64,000 bases of DNA from Candidatus Saccharimonadota bacterium. Lineage in GTDB: Bacteria > Patescibacteriota > Saccharimonadia > UBA4664. Position numbers and translations under genes: made by a program. The stretch covers positions 130,485-194,484 of the forward strand of contig JACAFG010000001.1 in assembly GCA_019352195.1 (NCBI GenBank), read 5' to 3'. The notes under the pieces were generated by a model. The model was not told the origin of the DNA. It was given only the letters and a program-made list of their open reading frames with translations, and searched no databases. Below, piece after piece: positions 1-9,810 of this stretch (positions are counted from its first letter, which is position 1; each line of letters starts with the position of its first letter).

Positions 1-2
1 AT

Positions 3-995
3 TATTTCTTCAAACTCTCGGCCTACACCTCGCAGGTAAAAGAGCTCATTGCCACGGATAAACTCAAAATTTATCCGCGTACCCGCAAGAACGAAATTAT
101 GGCACTGCTCGAGCAGGGTCTCGAAGATATCAGCATTAGCCGTGATAAAAAGCAGCTCACGTGGGGAGTACCAGTCCCCGGCGATGATAACCAGGTAATG
201 TATGTTTGGTTTGATGCTCTGGGCTTTTACATCTCGGCCCTTGGTTACCCCAATGGCGCCGACTTCGCCAAGTACTGGCCGGCCGATATCCAGATTGTCG
301 GCAAAGATATCTTGCGGCACCACGCGGCAATTTGGCCTGCCATGCTATTGTCGGCTGGCATCGAGCCGCAGCATGCTTTGTATGTTCACGGTTTTATATC
401 CAGCGGGGGACACAAGATGAGTAAAAGCCTTGGCAACGTGGTGGCTCCGGTACAGGTTATCGACCGTTACGGTGTTGATGCATTACGTTACTACTTGCTT
501 AAAGAGATTCCGAGCGAATCTGATGGCGATTTTACGTGGGAGCGCATGGAAACGGTCTACAATACCGAGCTTGCTAACGATTTGGGTAACCTGGTGCAGC
601 GCGTCGCAGTAATGATTACCAAGTATTTTGGTGGGCAGCTCGGCGAAATTCCTGCCCACTCACATGATGCTTCCGCGTTCGAATTTGCCATGAATAGCTA
701 CCGTTTCGACCGCGCTATTGACGAAATCTGGGAGCTTGTTCGCGGAGCTAATCAGTACATTGAGGCCGAGAAGCCTTGGGTGCTCGCCAAGACTGATACC
801 ACGCAGCTGGCCTACGTTTTGCGCCAGGCGGTTTCAGACCTTACTCAAATCGCGAGTTTACTGCTGCCGTTTTTGCCTGGCACCTCAGCCAAAATTTTGG
901 CCACGTTTAAAGACGGTAAAGTCGACCACTCAATTGGTCTCCTCTTTCCAAAAGCCGACACTATCGAAACGCAGGACATCGAGATTAAGGGCTAA
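3..995 (+). CDS. metG: Methionyl-tRNA synthetase, 3' portion (gene starts upstream of window)
   Basis: Frame 3 is open from position 3 with no stop. KMSKS class-I aaRS motif (KMSKSLGNVV) and an anticodon-binding helical domain typical of MetRS. Confidence 0.85.
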   Translation, partial: YFFKLSAYTSQVKELIATDKLKIYPRTRKNEIMALLEQGLEDISISRDKKQLTWGVPVPGDDNQVMYVWFDALGFYISALGYPNGADFAKYWPADIQIVGKDILRHHAAIWPAMLLSAGIEPQHALYVHGFISSGGHKMSKSLGNVVAPVQVIDRYGVDALRYYLLKEIPSESDGDFTWERMETVYNTELANDLGNLVQRVAVMITKYFGGQLGEIPAHSHDASAFEFAMNSYRFDRAIDEIWELVRGANQYIEAEKPWVLAKTDTTQLAYVLRQAVSDLTQIASLLLPFLPGTSAKILATFKDGKVDHSIGLLFPKADTIETQDIEIKG

Positions 996-1013
996 CCCAG
1001 TGCCAGGCAAGAT

Positions 1014-1409
1014 ATGTTAATGCTTGATGCATTGCCAAAGACGTCCGATCGTCGCCGAAATTTCTGGCACGCTATTGTCAGGGCGGCCGTTGTTCTAGTT
1101 GCTTATACCGTTGGTATGGTCCTGCTCACGCTGGTGGCTCCGGCTCTCAATCAGCCAGTTAGCGAAGTCTCGACTTTCGTGTATGCCGGCTTGTTAGCCT
1201 ATGTTGGATTGGCCCTGTACCGGTTTATACAACCCTCCAACAAGGCCATGGCTGCAGTTTCCGCCGCCAATGGTTGGGCGTACAGTTCGGACCAGCCCTT
1301 TCATGATCCTCTGATGTTGCCCTCCGCCGTGGATCGGTCATTATATTCCCTATTTGTGCCCTACAAAATTGAAGGGCAAGCTCGGCGGACAGGGGTTTGC
1401 ACTTTATGA
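1014..1409 (+). CDS. Hypothetical small membrane protein (2 predicted TM helices)
   Basis: ATG-initiated ORF with hydrophobic stretches [22 protein letters not shown] and [14 protein letters not shown]. It overlaps the next ORF in another frame, so a frameshift is possible. Confidence 0.35.
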
Positions 1410-1629
1410 GGTGATGCAGCGCCCACGCTATGGGCAGAGTCTAGGCTTCTTTACTCAATCGGTACTCCGCTGCGACAGCGCTGTAGACGGTACAACCGAG
1501 CTGGCTGCCAGCTATCAGGTTACACAAGCAAATGACTACGCTTACTACATATATAATGGACATATCGATTCCCAGACGACTTTGATGGCACTCTTTGCAT
1601 CGGCTGGACTGAATAAAGAAAGAATCTAA
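1354..1629 (+). CDS. Hypothetical protein, possibly the C-terminal part of a frameshifted 1014..1629 gene
   Basis: The ORF ends with TAATG overlap onto the tatD start, which looks like translational coupling and suggests this frame is coding at its 3' end. The 5' extent is uncertain. Confidence 0.3.
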
Positions 1630-2390
1630 TGCTTATTGATACCCACTCCCACATCCACTTCGACCAATTTCGCGATGAGCTCCCTGAAGTCTTGGAGCGC
1701 GCTTACGCTGCTGGCGTCGAAAAACAAATTCTAGTTGGCGTAAACGATTTAGATTCCGCCGAAGCCATTGCGGTTGCCCGGGCGCATGACAATTTGTGGA
1801 GCACGGTGGGCTTACATCCCCACGACGCTGACCGAGGCTTCGAAGCCCTCGAAGAACTAGCTCGACTGGCGGAGTTTGAGAGTGTGGTTGGAATTGGTGA
1901 GTGCGGCCTCGATTACTTTAAATCCGAAACCACGCCCGAACAGCAAGAGCGTGCGCTGCGGTTTCAAATCGAGCTCGGCTTGAAACTTGATCTTCCAATG
2001 GTGTTCCACGTCCGTGATGCCTTTGGCGCTTTTTGGGCCATTTTTGACGACTATAAAGGCGAAAATGTTCGCGGGACCGTGCATAGTTTCACAGCTGGAG
2101 TCACGGAGCTAGAGGCAGCTTTAGCGCGAGACTTACACATTTCACTCAACGGCATCATGACGTTCACCAAAGAAGCCCGTCAGCTGGAAGCGGCCAAACA
2201 AGTATCATTAGACCGACTGATAATTGAAACTGATTCGCCGTTTTTGGCACCCGTTCCATTGCGAGGTCGACCCAACGAGCCTTCCAACTTGGCGCACACA
2301 GCGAAGTTTTTAGCCGAGTTGCGCGGCGAAGCGATCGAAGATTTTGACGCTGCCACCACCGCCAACGCCGAACGGTTGTTCGGAATATAA
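1629..2390 (+). CDS. tatD: TatD-family metal-dependent DNase/hydrolase
   Basis: N-terminal [14 protein letters not shown] is the TatD histidine signature, with GECGLDY and HxR motifs. 253 aa is the typical length. Confidence 0.9.
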   Translation: MLIDTHSHIHFDQFRDELPEVLERAYAAGVEKQILVGVNDLDSAEAIAVARAHDNLWSTVGLHPHDADRGFEALEELARLAEFESVVGIGECGLDYFKSETTPEQQERALRFQIELGLKLDLPMVFHVRDAFGAFWAIFDDYKGENVRGTVHSFTAGVTELEAALARDLHISLNGIMTFTKEARQLEAAKQVSLDRLIIETDSPFLAPVPLRGRPNEPSNLAHTAKFLAELRGEAIEDFDAATTANAERLFGI

Positions 2391-2392
2391 CC

Positions 2393-2953
2393 ATGACGCT
2401 CATCCTGGACAATGGCACAAGGCACCTTGAGGAACTTATAGAACTCGTTGGCGATTGTCGCGTCATCGCTTTAGCTGATTGGTCCGATGTAGACATCGAA
2501 CCCGGTGAGCTCCTCGTTTTGTCTGGTGGCCATTCCGCCTCGGTCGTAAGTCACCACGAGCACTACCAACGTGAACTAAGCCTAATTAGCTCTCACAATG
2601 GCCCCATATTAGGGATTTGCCTCGGTTTCGAATTAATCGCTACAGCCTTCGGCTCCAAGTTACGCAAGATTGAAAGCCGGCATGGTTTGGTTGAACTCTC
2701 CGCCGTCAACGCATCAGCAGTGCTAGAAGGTCTGGCTTCATCACAAGTGTATGAGGCTCATCGGTGGAGCTTTGAAGCTGTTGGCGCGTCATTGATGGCA
2801 CTTGCGCAAAGCCCTGATGGGATCGAAATGGTACGTCACATCTCAAAACCAATCGTCGGCGTTCAATTCCATCCTGAGGTCTATGAAAATGACAACGCTG
2901 GCAAAGTCTTATACCGGCGATTACTAACACTAATAGGCCCTCCACAAGGCTAA
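2393..2953 (+). CDS. Class I glutamine amidotransferase-like protein
   Basis: GICLGFELIA holds the catalytic Cys in a nucleophile elbow, and VQFHPEV carries the His-Pro-Glu characteristic of type-1 GATase domains. Confidence 0.7.
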   Translation: MTLILDNGTRHLEELIELVGDCRVIALADWSDVDIEPGELLVLSGGHSASVVSHHEHYQRELSLISSHNGPILGICLGFELIATAFGSKLRKIESRHGLVELSAVNASAVLEGLASSQVYEAHRWSFEAVGASLMALAQSPDGIEMVRHISKPIVGVQFHPEVYENDNAGKVLYRRLLTLIGPPQG

Positions 2954-3088
2954 TCTCCTAGTAGAGCCCCGATTTGTCTCAAAGCGTGTATATTGAGAAG
3001 TAATCATGAAAGCTAAACTCACCCAATCAGCCAAGTCTTTGCAAAGCCGGATGCGTTGCACGGCTGACGCCGTACGGCGGCTTGGGGT

Positions 3089-3907
3089 ATGACCGAACGC
3101 GAAGGCGCTGAGCCAACTCCACCTAGCCATGACGTGCGCGCCGCCGAAGCGGCCCTTGGCTTTGCGATTGCTCCGCCTGTAATGCCGCACCGCATTGAGG
3201 CTGAGGAGAGCAAGTTAATGATGCCTCAAATTGAGAGCGCTTTTCGTCTGGCCGACGGAGATTTTGATGCGGCTACCCAAATAGAAATAGCGGGAGACAC
3301 TGCAACCAATCGGTCGCATGAATTGTTGGGCAGCCTTTGGGTTCGCGAACACGAACTCATCACCCGCCTGCTGGGCCAGGAAGCTACCGAGGCGGGTGAG
3401 ATGTCTACGCTCGCCTTCGGTGGCCTGTCGTCCGATGAGCGCCGCAAGTATCTCGCAGGCGACACTGGTGCCAGCACGAGTTACGACAAAGTAAAATCCG
3501 AGCTGGAACACTTGATAGCCGAGGGCTTAACTGACCAACCGGTCAGTTTTGTCTCGCCGAACAAAGTAACCTATTTAGGGCGGCGGATTTCTGCTACCGG
3601 CGCAGACGTCATTGAGGCGATAATTTACCAATTTGCCGCGGGTGACGTGACTCAAGTTCGCGAAACCATAGTTTTTGGCCCTGACGAAGCCGACGATAGC
3701 GACGTTCTAACCCCCGAGGCTACGCCTGAGCCGCTTAATGTCGTTCAAAAAAACGCCCTCATTCAGGCGTTAGCTGAAGCAAATCGCCGCCTAGCAGTGC
3801 TGGCCTCCCTCGACAACCAAACCCTGGCCGCCGCGGTTGCAACGCACCGCATTGATGCGGCTGTATTCGAGGATAATCTGGGCGGTTCAAACGACTGGAT
3901 TCACTAA
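3089..3907 (+). CDS. Hypothetical protein
   Basis: Long ORF with coding-like composition and no recognisable motif. The start codon is uncertain; an internal ATG near 3230 is also possible. Confidence 0.4.
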   Translation: MTEREGAEPTPPSHDVRAAEAALGFAIAPPVMPHRIEAEESKLMMPQIESAFRLADGDFDAATQIEIAGDTATNRSHELLGSLWVREHELITRLLGQEATEAGEMSTLAFGGLSSDERRKYLAGDTGASTSYDKVKSELEHLIAEGLTDQPVSFVSPNKVTYLGRRISATGADVIEAIIYQFAAGDVTQVRETIVFGPDEADDSDVLTPEATPEPLNVVQKNALIQALAEANRRLAVLASLDNQTLAAAVATHRIDAAVFEDNLGGSNDWIH

Positions 3908-3938
3908 TGCTGCGCGTCTGTTAGCATAGACATAAACC

Positions 3939-5129
3939 ATGACACCAAACCCACAAACTTACCTCGATTACGCTGCCGCTACGCCGCTCGACCCCACGGT
4001 CTATGCGGCCATGCGGCCCTATCTTGAAACGGCCTATGCTAACCCATCAAGTGTATACACCGTAGCCCGAACGACCCGCGCCGCCATCGAGAGCTCGCGG
4101 GCAACGGTTGCGGACCTCATTGGCTGCAAACCAACTGAAATAGTTTTTACTTCAGGTGGCAGCGAAGGTGATAATTTGGCGATTGCGGGTGTGCTACGCG
4201 CTCACCCCAAGAGCCACTGGGTAACCACCAATATTGAGCACGACGCCGTTTTGGAACAAATTAAACCGCTCGAACGCGAAGGTCACGCGTGTACTGTGGT
4301 GCCCGTTACTTCGGCGGGAGTGGTTGAAGTTGGTGCGATCGAAGTTGCCATTACCGACCACACGGTGCTTGTAAGCGTAATGCTCGCCAACAACGAGATT
4401 GGTACCGTTCAGCCAGTAGGTGAGATTTCGCGTGCCGTTCGCCAAATTCGCCTAGACCGCACCCGTCGCGGCATCGCTACGCCACTGTTTTTGCATACCG
4501 ATGCAGTGCAGGCAGCCAATTATCTTAGTCTGCACGTCGACCGCCTGGGCATCGACCTCATGTCGCTGGCCGGGTCCAAAATTTATGGGCCCAAAGGGTC
4601 GGGAGCGCTGTACGTTCGCACTGGCACCGTTATGGACCCTATTATTTATGGCGGGGGACAAGAACGCGGTCGGCGTAGCGGTACCGAAAACGTGGCCGCG
4701 ATTGTCGGGTTTGCCTCGGCGCTGGCACTCGTGCAATCCGACCGCACGTCAGAGGGTCGTTGGCTGACCGAGCTACGTGACGACTTGTTTAAGCAGTTAA
4801 AAATAGCTATACCAAGCCTTATTCTTAACGGTGATCCCGTACGGCGCCTACCTAATAATCTTAATTTTACTGTGCCCGGTGCCGAAGGTGAAGGCTTGGT
4901 ACTCTATTTGGACCAAGCTGGCATTTTGGCGTCCACTGGCTCGGCGTGTTCAAGCGGCGATCTCGATCCGTCGCATGTACTATTAGCACTGGGGCGCACA
5001 CGTGAGCAGGCCAGTCAAAGTCTGCGCCTTACCTTTGGCCGCGGCACCGACGCCGCGTCCACTGCCCGGGTCGCTGCAGAATTACCAAAAATTGTCGCAA
5101 GACTCCGCGAGCTGGGCAGAGTACAATAA
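3939..5129 (+). CDS. Cysteine desulfurase (class V aminotransferase, IscS/NifS/SufS-like)
   Basis: Motifs SGGSEGDNLAI, HTDAVQA and the PLP-lysine region SLAGSKIYGPKGSGALYVR. About 396 aa. Confidence 0.85.
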   Translation: MTPNPQTYLDYAAATPLDPTVYAAMRPYLETAYANPSSVYTVARTTRAAIESSRATVADLIGCKPTEIVFTSGGSEGDNLAIAGVLRAHPKSHWVTTNIEHDAVLEQIKPLEREGHACTVVPVTSAGVVEVGAIEVAITDHTVLVSVMLANNEIGTVQPVGEISRAVRQIRLDRTRRGIATPLFLHTDAVQAANYLSLHVDRLGIDLMSLAGSKIYGPKGSGALYVRTGTVMDPIIYGGGQERGRRSGTENVAAIVGFASALALVQSDRTSEGRWLTELRDDLFKQLKIAIPSLILNGDPVRRLPNNLNFTVPGAEGEGLVLYLDQAGILASTGSACSSGDLDPSHVLLALGRTREQASQSLRLTFGRGTDAASTARVAAELPKIVARLRELGRVQ

Positions 5130-5133
5130 AAGC

Positions 5134-5721
5134 ATGAAGCGGTTTGTAGTGATCGTTGGTATAGCGCTCGCGGTGCTCGTGCTTGTAGCCGTGGCCGCTT
5201 TTTTTGGTCTTGGATTTTACCTATCGCCTCAAAGTAAGGTTGCCAAAGCCGATGCCATTGTTGCCATTTCAGGCGGCGATACCGATGCCCGAACAGCCGA
5301 AGCCGTGGCGTTGTATCGCAGTGGTTATGCGCCAAAAATCATTTTTTCGGGGGCCGCGCTCGATCCCAACGCGCCGTCCAATGCCAAAGTTATGGCCACC
5401 GCCGCCGAGGCGCAAGGAGTTCCATCTTCCGCTATTTCGCTCGACGAAACGGCGACTAATACGCGCGAAAACGCCGCCAATACCGCCTCAGTCATTGCTG
5501 CCCAACAAGACAAGTCAATTATATTGGTAACTTCACCGTATCATCAGCGCCGCGCCTACATTGTGTTTCGGCGGCAGCTCGGTAAGAATTTCATCATCGA
5601 AAACCACTCGTCCGTCGACCAAGGCTGGCGCAGGTCCGACTGGTGGGCAACGGCCGAAAGCCGCAGTTTAACGCTCTCCGAGTTGCAAAAAGTAATTTAC
5701 GAACTGGCGAGCAATAATTAG
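5134..5721 (+). CDS. DUF218/YdcF/SanA-like membrane-anchored protein
   Basis: N-terminal TM helix followed by the AIVAISGGDTDAR...PKIIFSGAA core typical of the DUF218 family. Start reassigned to ATG 5134 just after the cysteine desulfurase stop. Confidence 0.6.
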   Translation: MKRFVVIVGIALAVLVLVAVAAFFGLGFYLSPQSKVAKADAIVAISGGDTDARTAEAVALYRSGYAPKIIFSGAALDPNAPSNAKVMATAAEAQGVPSSAISLDETATNTRENAANTASVIAAQQDKSIILVTSPYHQRRAYIVFRRQLGKNFIIENHSSVDQGWRRSDWWATAESRSLTLSELQKVIYELASNN

Positions 5722-6687
5722 ATGTTTGTAGCCGATGCCCTCATCATCCTGATAGTTATTTATGCTGCCTATGTCGGGACGCGTCGTGGTTTTGTGCTGG
5801 TAGCAGCGGAACTGGTCGGTTTTGCCGTCTCGGCTACTATTGCCAGCGTGCTCTATCAGGATATTGGCCGCTGGCTCGTAAGCTGGGCCGGTATTAGTTT
5901 GCCACTGGCAAATATTGCTGCCTTCATGGCGATTTGGATGCTTATTGAAGTTGGCTTCGCCTTGCTGGTGCGTTACACCGTCATTCCACGCTTGTCACAC
6001 AAAGTTCAGTTTTCGACGACCAATCGAATAGGTGGGGCGATTGGCAGTATGGTGAGGGCACTCATTTTGATAGCGCTGGGTCTCATTATCATCAGTGGCT
6101 TACCGTTTTCGGCTGAGACCAAACAACCGATTACTAATGCATATTTATCTCGCTATATTTTGGGCGCCACGGCTAGTTGGCAGCGCTTGCTTGGTCAGAC
6201 ACTGGGGCGAGATCTAAACTCAAGTTTGACTGTCTTCACGGTCAAAGCCGACCCTGAAAGTACTGAGCGTATTCAGCTCGGTTTCACTACCACAGCGGTC
6301 AAGATTGACGCTGGCGACGAACAGGCTGACCTCATACTTATAAATCATGAACGAACATCTCGCGGACTCAAGCCGCTCGTAATGAACCCGGCTGCTCAAG
6401 CGGTTGCCCGCAGCTATGGCGAGCGCATGTTTGCTGATGGCGTCTTCTCCCATGTCGACAACGACGGGCACACGCCGTTTGACCGAATGAAGGCCGGCAA
6501 TGTTAGTTTTGGCGCCGCGGGTGAAAACCTGGCCTTAGCTGCCACGTTAGATCTGGCGCATCAAGGCCTCATGAACTCACCCGGGCACAAGGCAAATATT
6601 CTCAGCACGAGTTATAACAAGGTCGGCATTGGGGTGATTGACGGCGGACAATACGGACTTATGGTGGTTCAGGACTTCACGGACTAG
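5722..6687 (+). CDS. CvpA-family membrane protein fused to a C-terminal CAP/SCP (YkwD-like) domain
   Basis: N-terminal GTRRGFVLVAAELVGF plus multiple TM helices matches CvpA. C-terminal GHTPFDRM...GENLA...HQGLMNSPGHKANIL...YNKVGIGV matches CAP/SCP. Confidence 0.7.
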   Translation: MFVADALIILIVIYAAYVGTRRGFVLVAAELVGFAVSATIASVLYQDIGRWLVSWAGISLPLANIAAFMAIWMLIEVGFALLVRYTVIPRLSHKVQFSTTNRIGGAIGSMVRALILIALGLIIISGLPFSAETKQPITNAYLSRYILGATASWQRLLGQTLGRDLNSSLTVFTVKADPESTERIQLGFTTTAVKIDAGDEQADLILINHERTSRGLKPLVMNPAAQAVARSYGERMFADGVFSHVDNDGHTPFDRMKAGNVSFGAAGENLALAATLDLAHQGLMNSPGHKANILSTSYNKVGIGVIDGGQYGLMVVQDFTD

Positions 6688-6714
6688 CGTAAAGATTGTA
6701 TAATAGTCTGCGTT

Positions 6715-7755
6715 ATGCCAACCGTCTATGTCGGATTAAGCGGGGGAGTCGATTCCTCGGTGAGTGCCGCCTTGCTAAAACAGCAGGGCTATAACGTCGT
6801 GGGCGTCTACATGAAAAACTGGACCGCCGACGTTGCCGGCGTGGCCTGTCCGTGGAAAATTGATTTGGCGGATGCTCGCGCCGCTGCGGCCGTGCTCGAC
6901 ATTTCGTTTAAGGTTTTCGATTTTCAAGATCAATACCGGGAGAAAGTTGTCGAAGCGATGGTGGCCGAATACGCTGCCGGCCGTACGCCAAATCCCGACG
7001 TGCTATGTAATCAAGAAATTAAATTCAAATTATTCCTCGAACTTGCCCTGGCCGACGGCGCCGACTACATTGCAACCGGTCATTACGCCAAAACCGATGG
7101 CAATGGCCGGCTCCTTCGCGCTTATGACGACGCCAAAGACCAAACCTACTTTTTGTACCGCGTTACTGGCGAAGCCCTCAAGCGTACGATCTTTCCTGTG
7201 GGAGAAATCGAAAAACCCGAAGTGCGGCGGCTGGCTGCCACATTTAACCTTCCCGCGGCCACAAAGCCGGATTCCCAAGGCATTTGTTTTGTGGGTGAAG
7301 TTGGGATTCGGCCATTCTTGGAGCAGTACATTCCTCCCGTCAGCGGCCATATTATAGATAAAGCCGGCCACGTAGTAGGCACTCACTCCGGTGCGGCTTA
7401 TTACACGATTGGCCAGCGCCAAGGTTTGGGTGTGGGCGGCGACGGACCCTATTACGTTACGGCTCGCGATGTAGCCACCAATACCGTAACTATTACCGAC
7501 AATCCGGACGATCTGCAGCTATCAGGCGACGAGTTCAAACTCGATGATCCACACTGGATTAATGACACACCGCCCCCCGGCGATTACTTGGTGCGCCTTC
7601 GTCATCGAGGCGAGTTGGTACCTATGTCTCTCGAGGACAATCACAACACGTGGTCTGTGCGCTTGCACACGTCTCAGCGCGCCATTGCAGCCGGACAATC
7701 AGCCGTTATTTATGACGGCGAGACAGTGCTAGGTGGGGGCTTTATCGCCTTTTAG
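6715..7755 (+). CDS. mnmA: tRNA-specific 2-thiouridylase MnmA
   Basis: PP-loop SGGVDSSV near the N-terminus, a CNxxxKF region, and length of 346 aa. Confidence 0.9.
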   Translation: MPTVYVGLSGGVDSSVSAALLKQQGYNVVGVYMKNWTADVAGVACPWKIDLADARAAAAVLDISFKVFDFQDQYREKVVEAMVAEYAAGRTPNPDVLCNQEIKFKLFLELALADGADYIATGHYAKTDGNGRLLRAYDDAKDQTYFLYRVTGEALKRTIFPVGEIEKPEVRRLAATFNLPAATKPDSQGICFVGEVGIRPFLEQYIPPVSGHIIDKAGHVVGTHSGAAYYTIGQRQGLGVGGDGPYYVTARDVATNTVTITDNPDDLQLSGDEFKLDDPHWINDTPPPGDYLVRLRHRGELVPMSLEDNHNTWSVRLHTSQRAIAAGQSAVIYDGETVLGGGFIAF

Positions 7756-7763
7756 CCTCAAAA

Positions 7764-9686
7764 TTGCTACAATATAACACTATGACAACCCCCGAAATTC
7801 GCGCCGCCTACCTCAAGTTTTTTGCCGACCGTGGCCATGCGGTAATTCCGCGCGCTCTTTTGGTACCCTATAACGATGCCACAACGCTGTTTACCGGCTC
7901 GGGCATGCAGCCACTGCTGCCGTATTTGTTGGGACAGGAGCACTCGGCCGGCACACGCTTAGTCGACTCCCAAGCCTGCTTCCGGGCCGAAGACATCGAC
8001 GAAGTTGGTGACAATCGTCACACGACCTTTTTTGAAATGCTCGGCAACTGGAGCTTGGGCGAATACTTTAAGGCCGAGCAATTGCCATGGTTTTTTGAAT
8101 TTCTCACCTCCGTCGTTGGTCTCGAACCCGCCAAGCTGTATGTCACCGCCTTCATGGGCGACCCTAAAAACAACATTGCGCGCGATGAAGAAGCCGCTGA
8201 AATTTGGACAAAACTATTTGATGCCAAAGGCATAAAAGCCGAAATCGGCGTTATTGGCGCTGAAGAACACGGCTACAAGCGCGGCATGAAGGCCGGCGAG
8301 CGCATTTTTTATTACGACGCCAAGAAAAACTGGTGGAGCCGAGCCGGCATTCCCGAAAATATGCCGGCCGGCGAGCCGGGCGGCCCAGATTCGGAAGTGT
8401 TCTACCGTTTTGATGACTCCGAGCACACCGATGACGAGAAGAAGCAATGGGGTGAATTGTGTCATCCCAACTGTGACTGCGGCCGCTTCATGGAAATTGG
8501 CAACTCGGTGTTCATGCAATACATCAAGCGTGACGATGGCGGCTTCGATGAATTGCCACAACGTAACGTGGACTTTGGCGGTGGCCTGGAGCGGATTGCT
8601 GCCGCTGCCAACGGCGACGGCGACGTCTTCCGGATTAGCTTGCTGTGGCCCATTATCGAGCAGCTCGAAGATTTATCCGGAACAGCGTACAACCAAAATT
8701 CGGCCGCTATGCGCATTATTGCTGATCATTTGCGGGCTGCCGTGTTTTTGGCGACCGATGGTGTGGCGCCCAGTAACACTCAGCAAGGCTATGTGCTGCG
8801 CCGCCTCGTTCGCCGCGCCATTCGCCAAGCTTTGAGCTTGGACCTTAAAGAAGATTTTCTCGAAACAATTATTCCTACCATCACCGAACTATACCGCGAC
8901 GACTTCCCCGAAGTAGCAAGTCGTGAGCAAATTGTCATTGAAGTGTTGGTAGCCGAGGAGCGCAAATTCCGCCGCACGCTAGAAAAAGGCATTAAAGAAT
9001 TCGACAAAGTGGTTGGGGCCAAGTTGACCGGTGAAGCGGTCTTTAAGTTGTCTGATACCTATGGTTTTCCGGCCGAGCTGACCGTAGAAGAGGCCAAGGA
9101 TCGCGACATCAAACTTGACGATAACTGGAAAGCCGATTTGGACAAGCTCATGACTGCCCAAAAAGAGCGGTCCCGCTCTGCCACGGCCGGCCAGTTTAAA
9201 GGTGGGTTAGTCGACCACTCCGAAATGTCGACGATGTACCATACGGCCACGCACTTAATGTACCAAGCGTTGCGCGATGTCTTGGGCCAACACGTGGTGC
9301 AACGGGGAAGTAACATCACCCCAGAGCGACTACGTTTCGATTTTTCTCACGACGCTAAAGTGACGCCGGAACAAATCGCCGAAGTGGAGCGCATCGTTAA
9401 CGAGCAGATCAACAATGATCTCGTGGTGAGCTTTAAAGAGTATCCCACCAAAGTCGCTATCGGCGAGATGGGCGCCATCGGCCAATTTGGCGATCGCTAC
9501 GACGAAACCGTGAAGGTGTACCGCATGCAGGGTAAAGACGCCGCCCAACCGTTTAGTTTTGAGATCTGTGGCGGTCCGCACGTCGATCACGCGAGTAAGT
9601 TAGCCGAAGGCGGCAAAACTTTCAAAATCATCAAAGAAGAATCCAGCTCGTCTGGTGTCCGGCGCATTAAGGCCATCCTGCAATAA
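7764..9686 (+). CDS. alaS: Alanyl-tRNA synthetase, short form lacking the C-terminal C-Ala domain
   Basis: N-terminal AYLKFFADRGH...LFTGSGMQ is the AlaRS catalytic core. The editing domain carries HTATHLM...H and CGGPHV zinc-binding motifs. It has 640 aa against about 870 typical. Confidence 0.85.
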   Translation: MLQYNTMTTPEIRAAYLKFFADRGHAVIPRALLVPYNDATTLFTGSGMQPLLPYLLGQEHSAGTRLVDSQACFRAEDIDEVGDNRHTTFFEMLGNWSLGEYFKAEQLPWFFEFLTSVVGLEPAKLYVTAFMGDPKNNIARDEEAAEIWTKLFDAKGIKAEIGVIGAEEHGYKRGMKAGERIFYYDAKKNWWSRAGIPENMPAGEPGGPDSEVFYRFDDSEHTDDEKKQWGELCHPNCDCGRFMEIGNSVFMQYIKRDDGGFDELPQRNVDFGGGLERIAAAANGDGDVFRISLLWPIIEQLEDLSGTAYNQNSAAMRIIADHLRAAVFLATDGVAPSNTQQGYVLRRLVRRAIRQALSLDLKEDFLETIIPTITELYRDDFPEVASREQIVIEVLVAEERKFRRTLEKGIKEFDKVVGAKLTGEAVFKLSDTYGFPAELTVEEAKDRDIKLDDNWKADLDKLMTAQKERSRSATAGQFKGGLVDHSEMSTMYHTATHLMYQALRDVLGQHVVQRGSNITPERLRFDFSHDAKVTPEQIAEVERIVNEQINNDLVVSFKEYPTKVAIGEMGAIGQFGDRYDETVKVYRMQGKDAAQPFSFEICGGPHVDHASKLAEGGKTFKIIKEESSSSGVRRIKAILQ

Positions 9687-9724
9687 AACAACACGCCAAG
9701 GAGCGGCCAGATAAAACAAAAACC

Positions 9725-9762
9725 AGCCCGCGGAACAACATCGTTCCGCGGGCTTTCGGGTT
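9725..9762. terminator. Intrinsic terminator hairpin between convergent alaS and pyrH
   Basis: agcccgcggaac / gttccgcgggct forms a 12-bp GC-rich stem followed by a T-rich tract (ttcgggttt). It sits between the convergent gene ends. Confidence 0.65.
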
Positions 9763-9810
9763 TGCCGGTTCCTCGGTAGGATCCCGGTGATTCGTTCGGT
9801 CGAACGTTGT

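Noticed and set aside
5002-5133. Long N-terminal extension of the DUF218 gene overlapping the cysteine desulfurase 3' end
   Set aside because: The extension is an out-of-frame overlap of a conserved gene. The internal ATG at 5134, just after the upstream stop and followed by a TM helix, is the plausible start.
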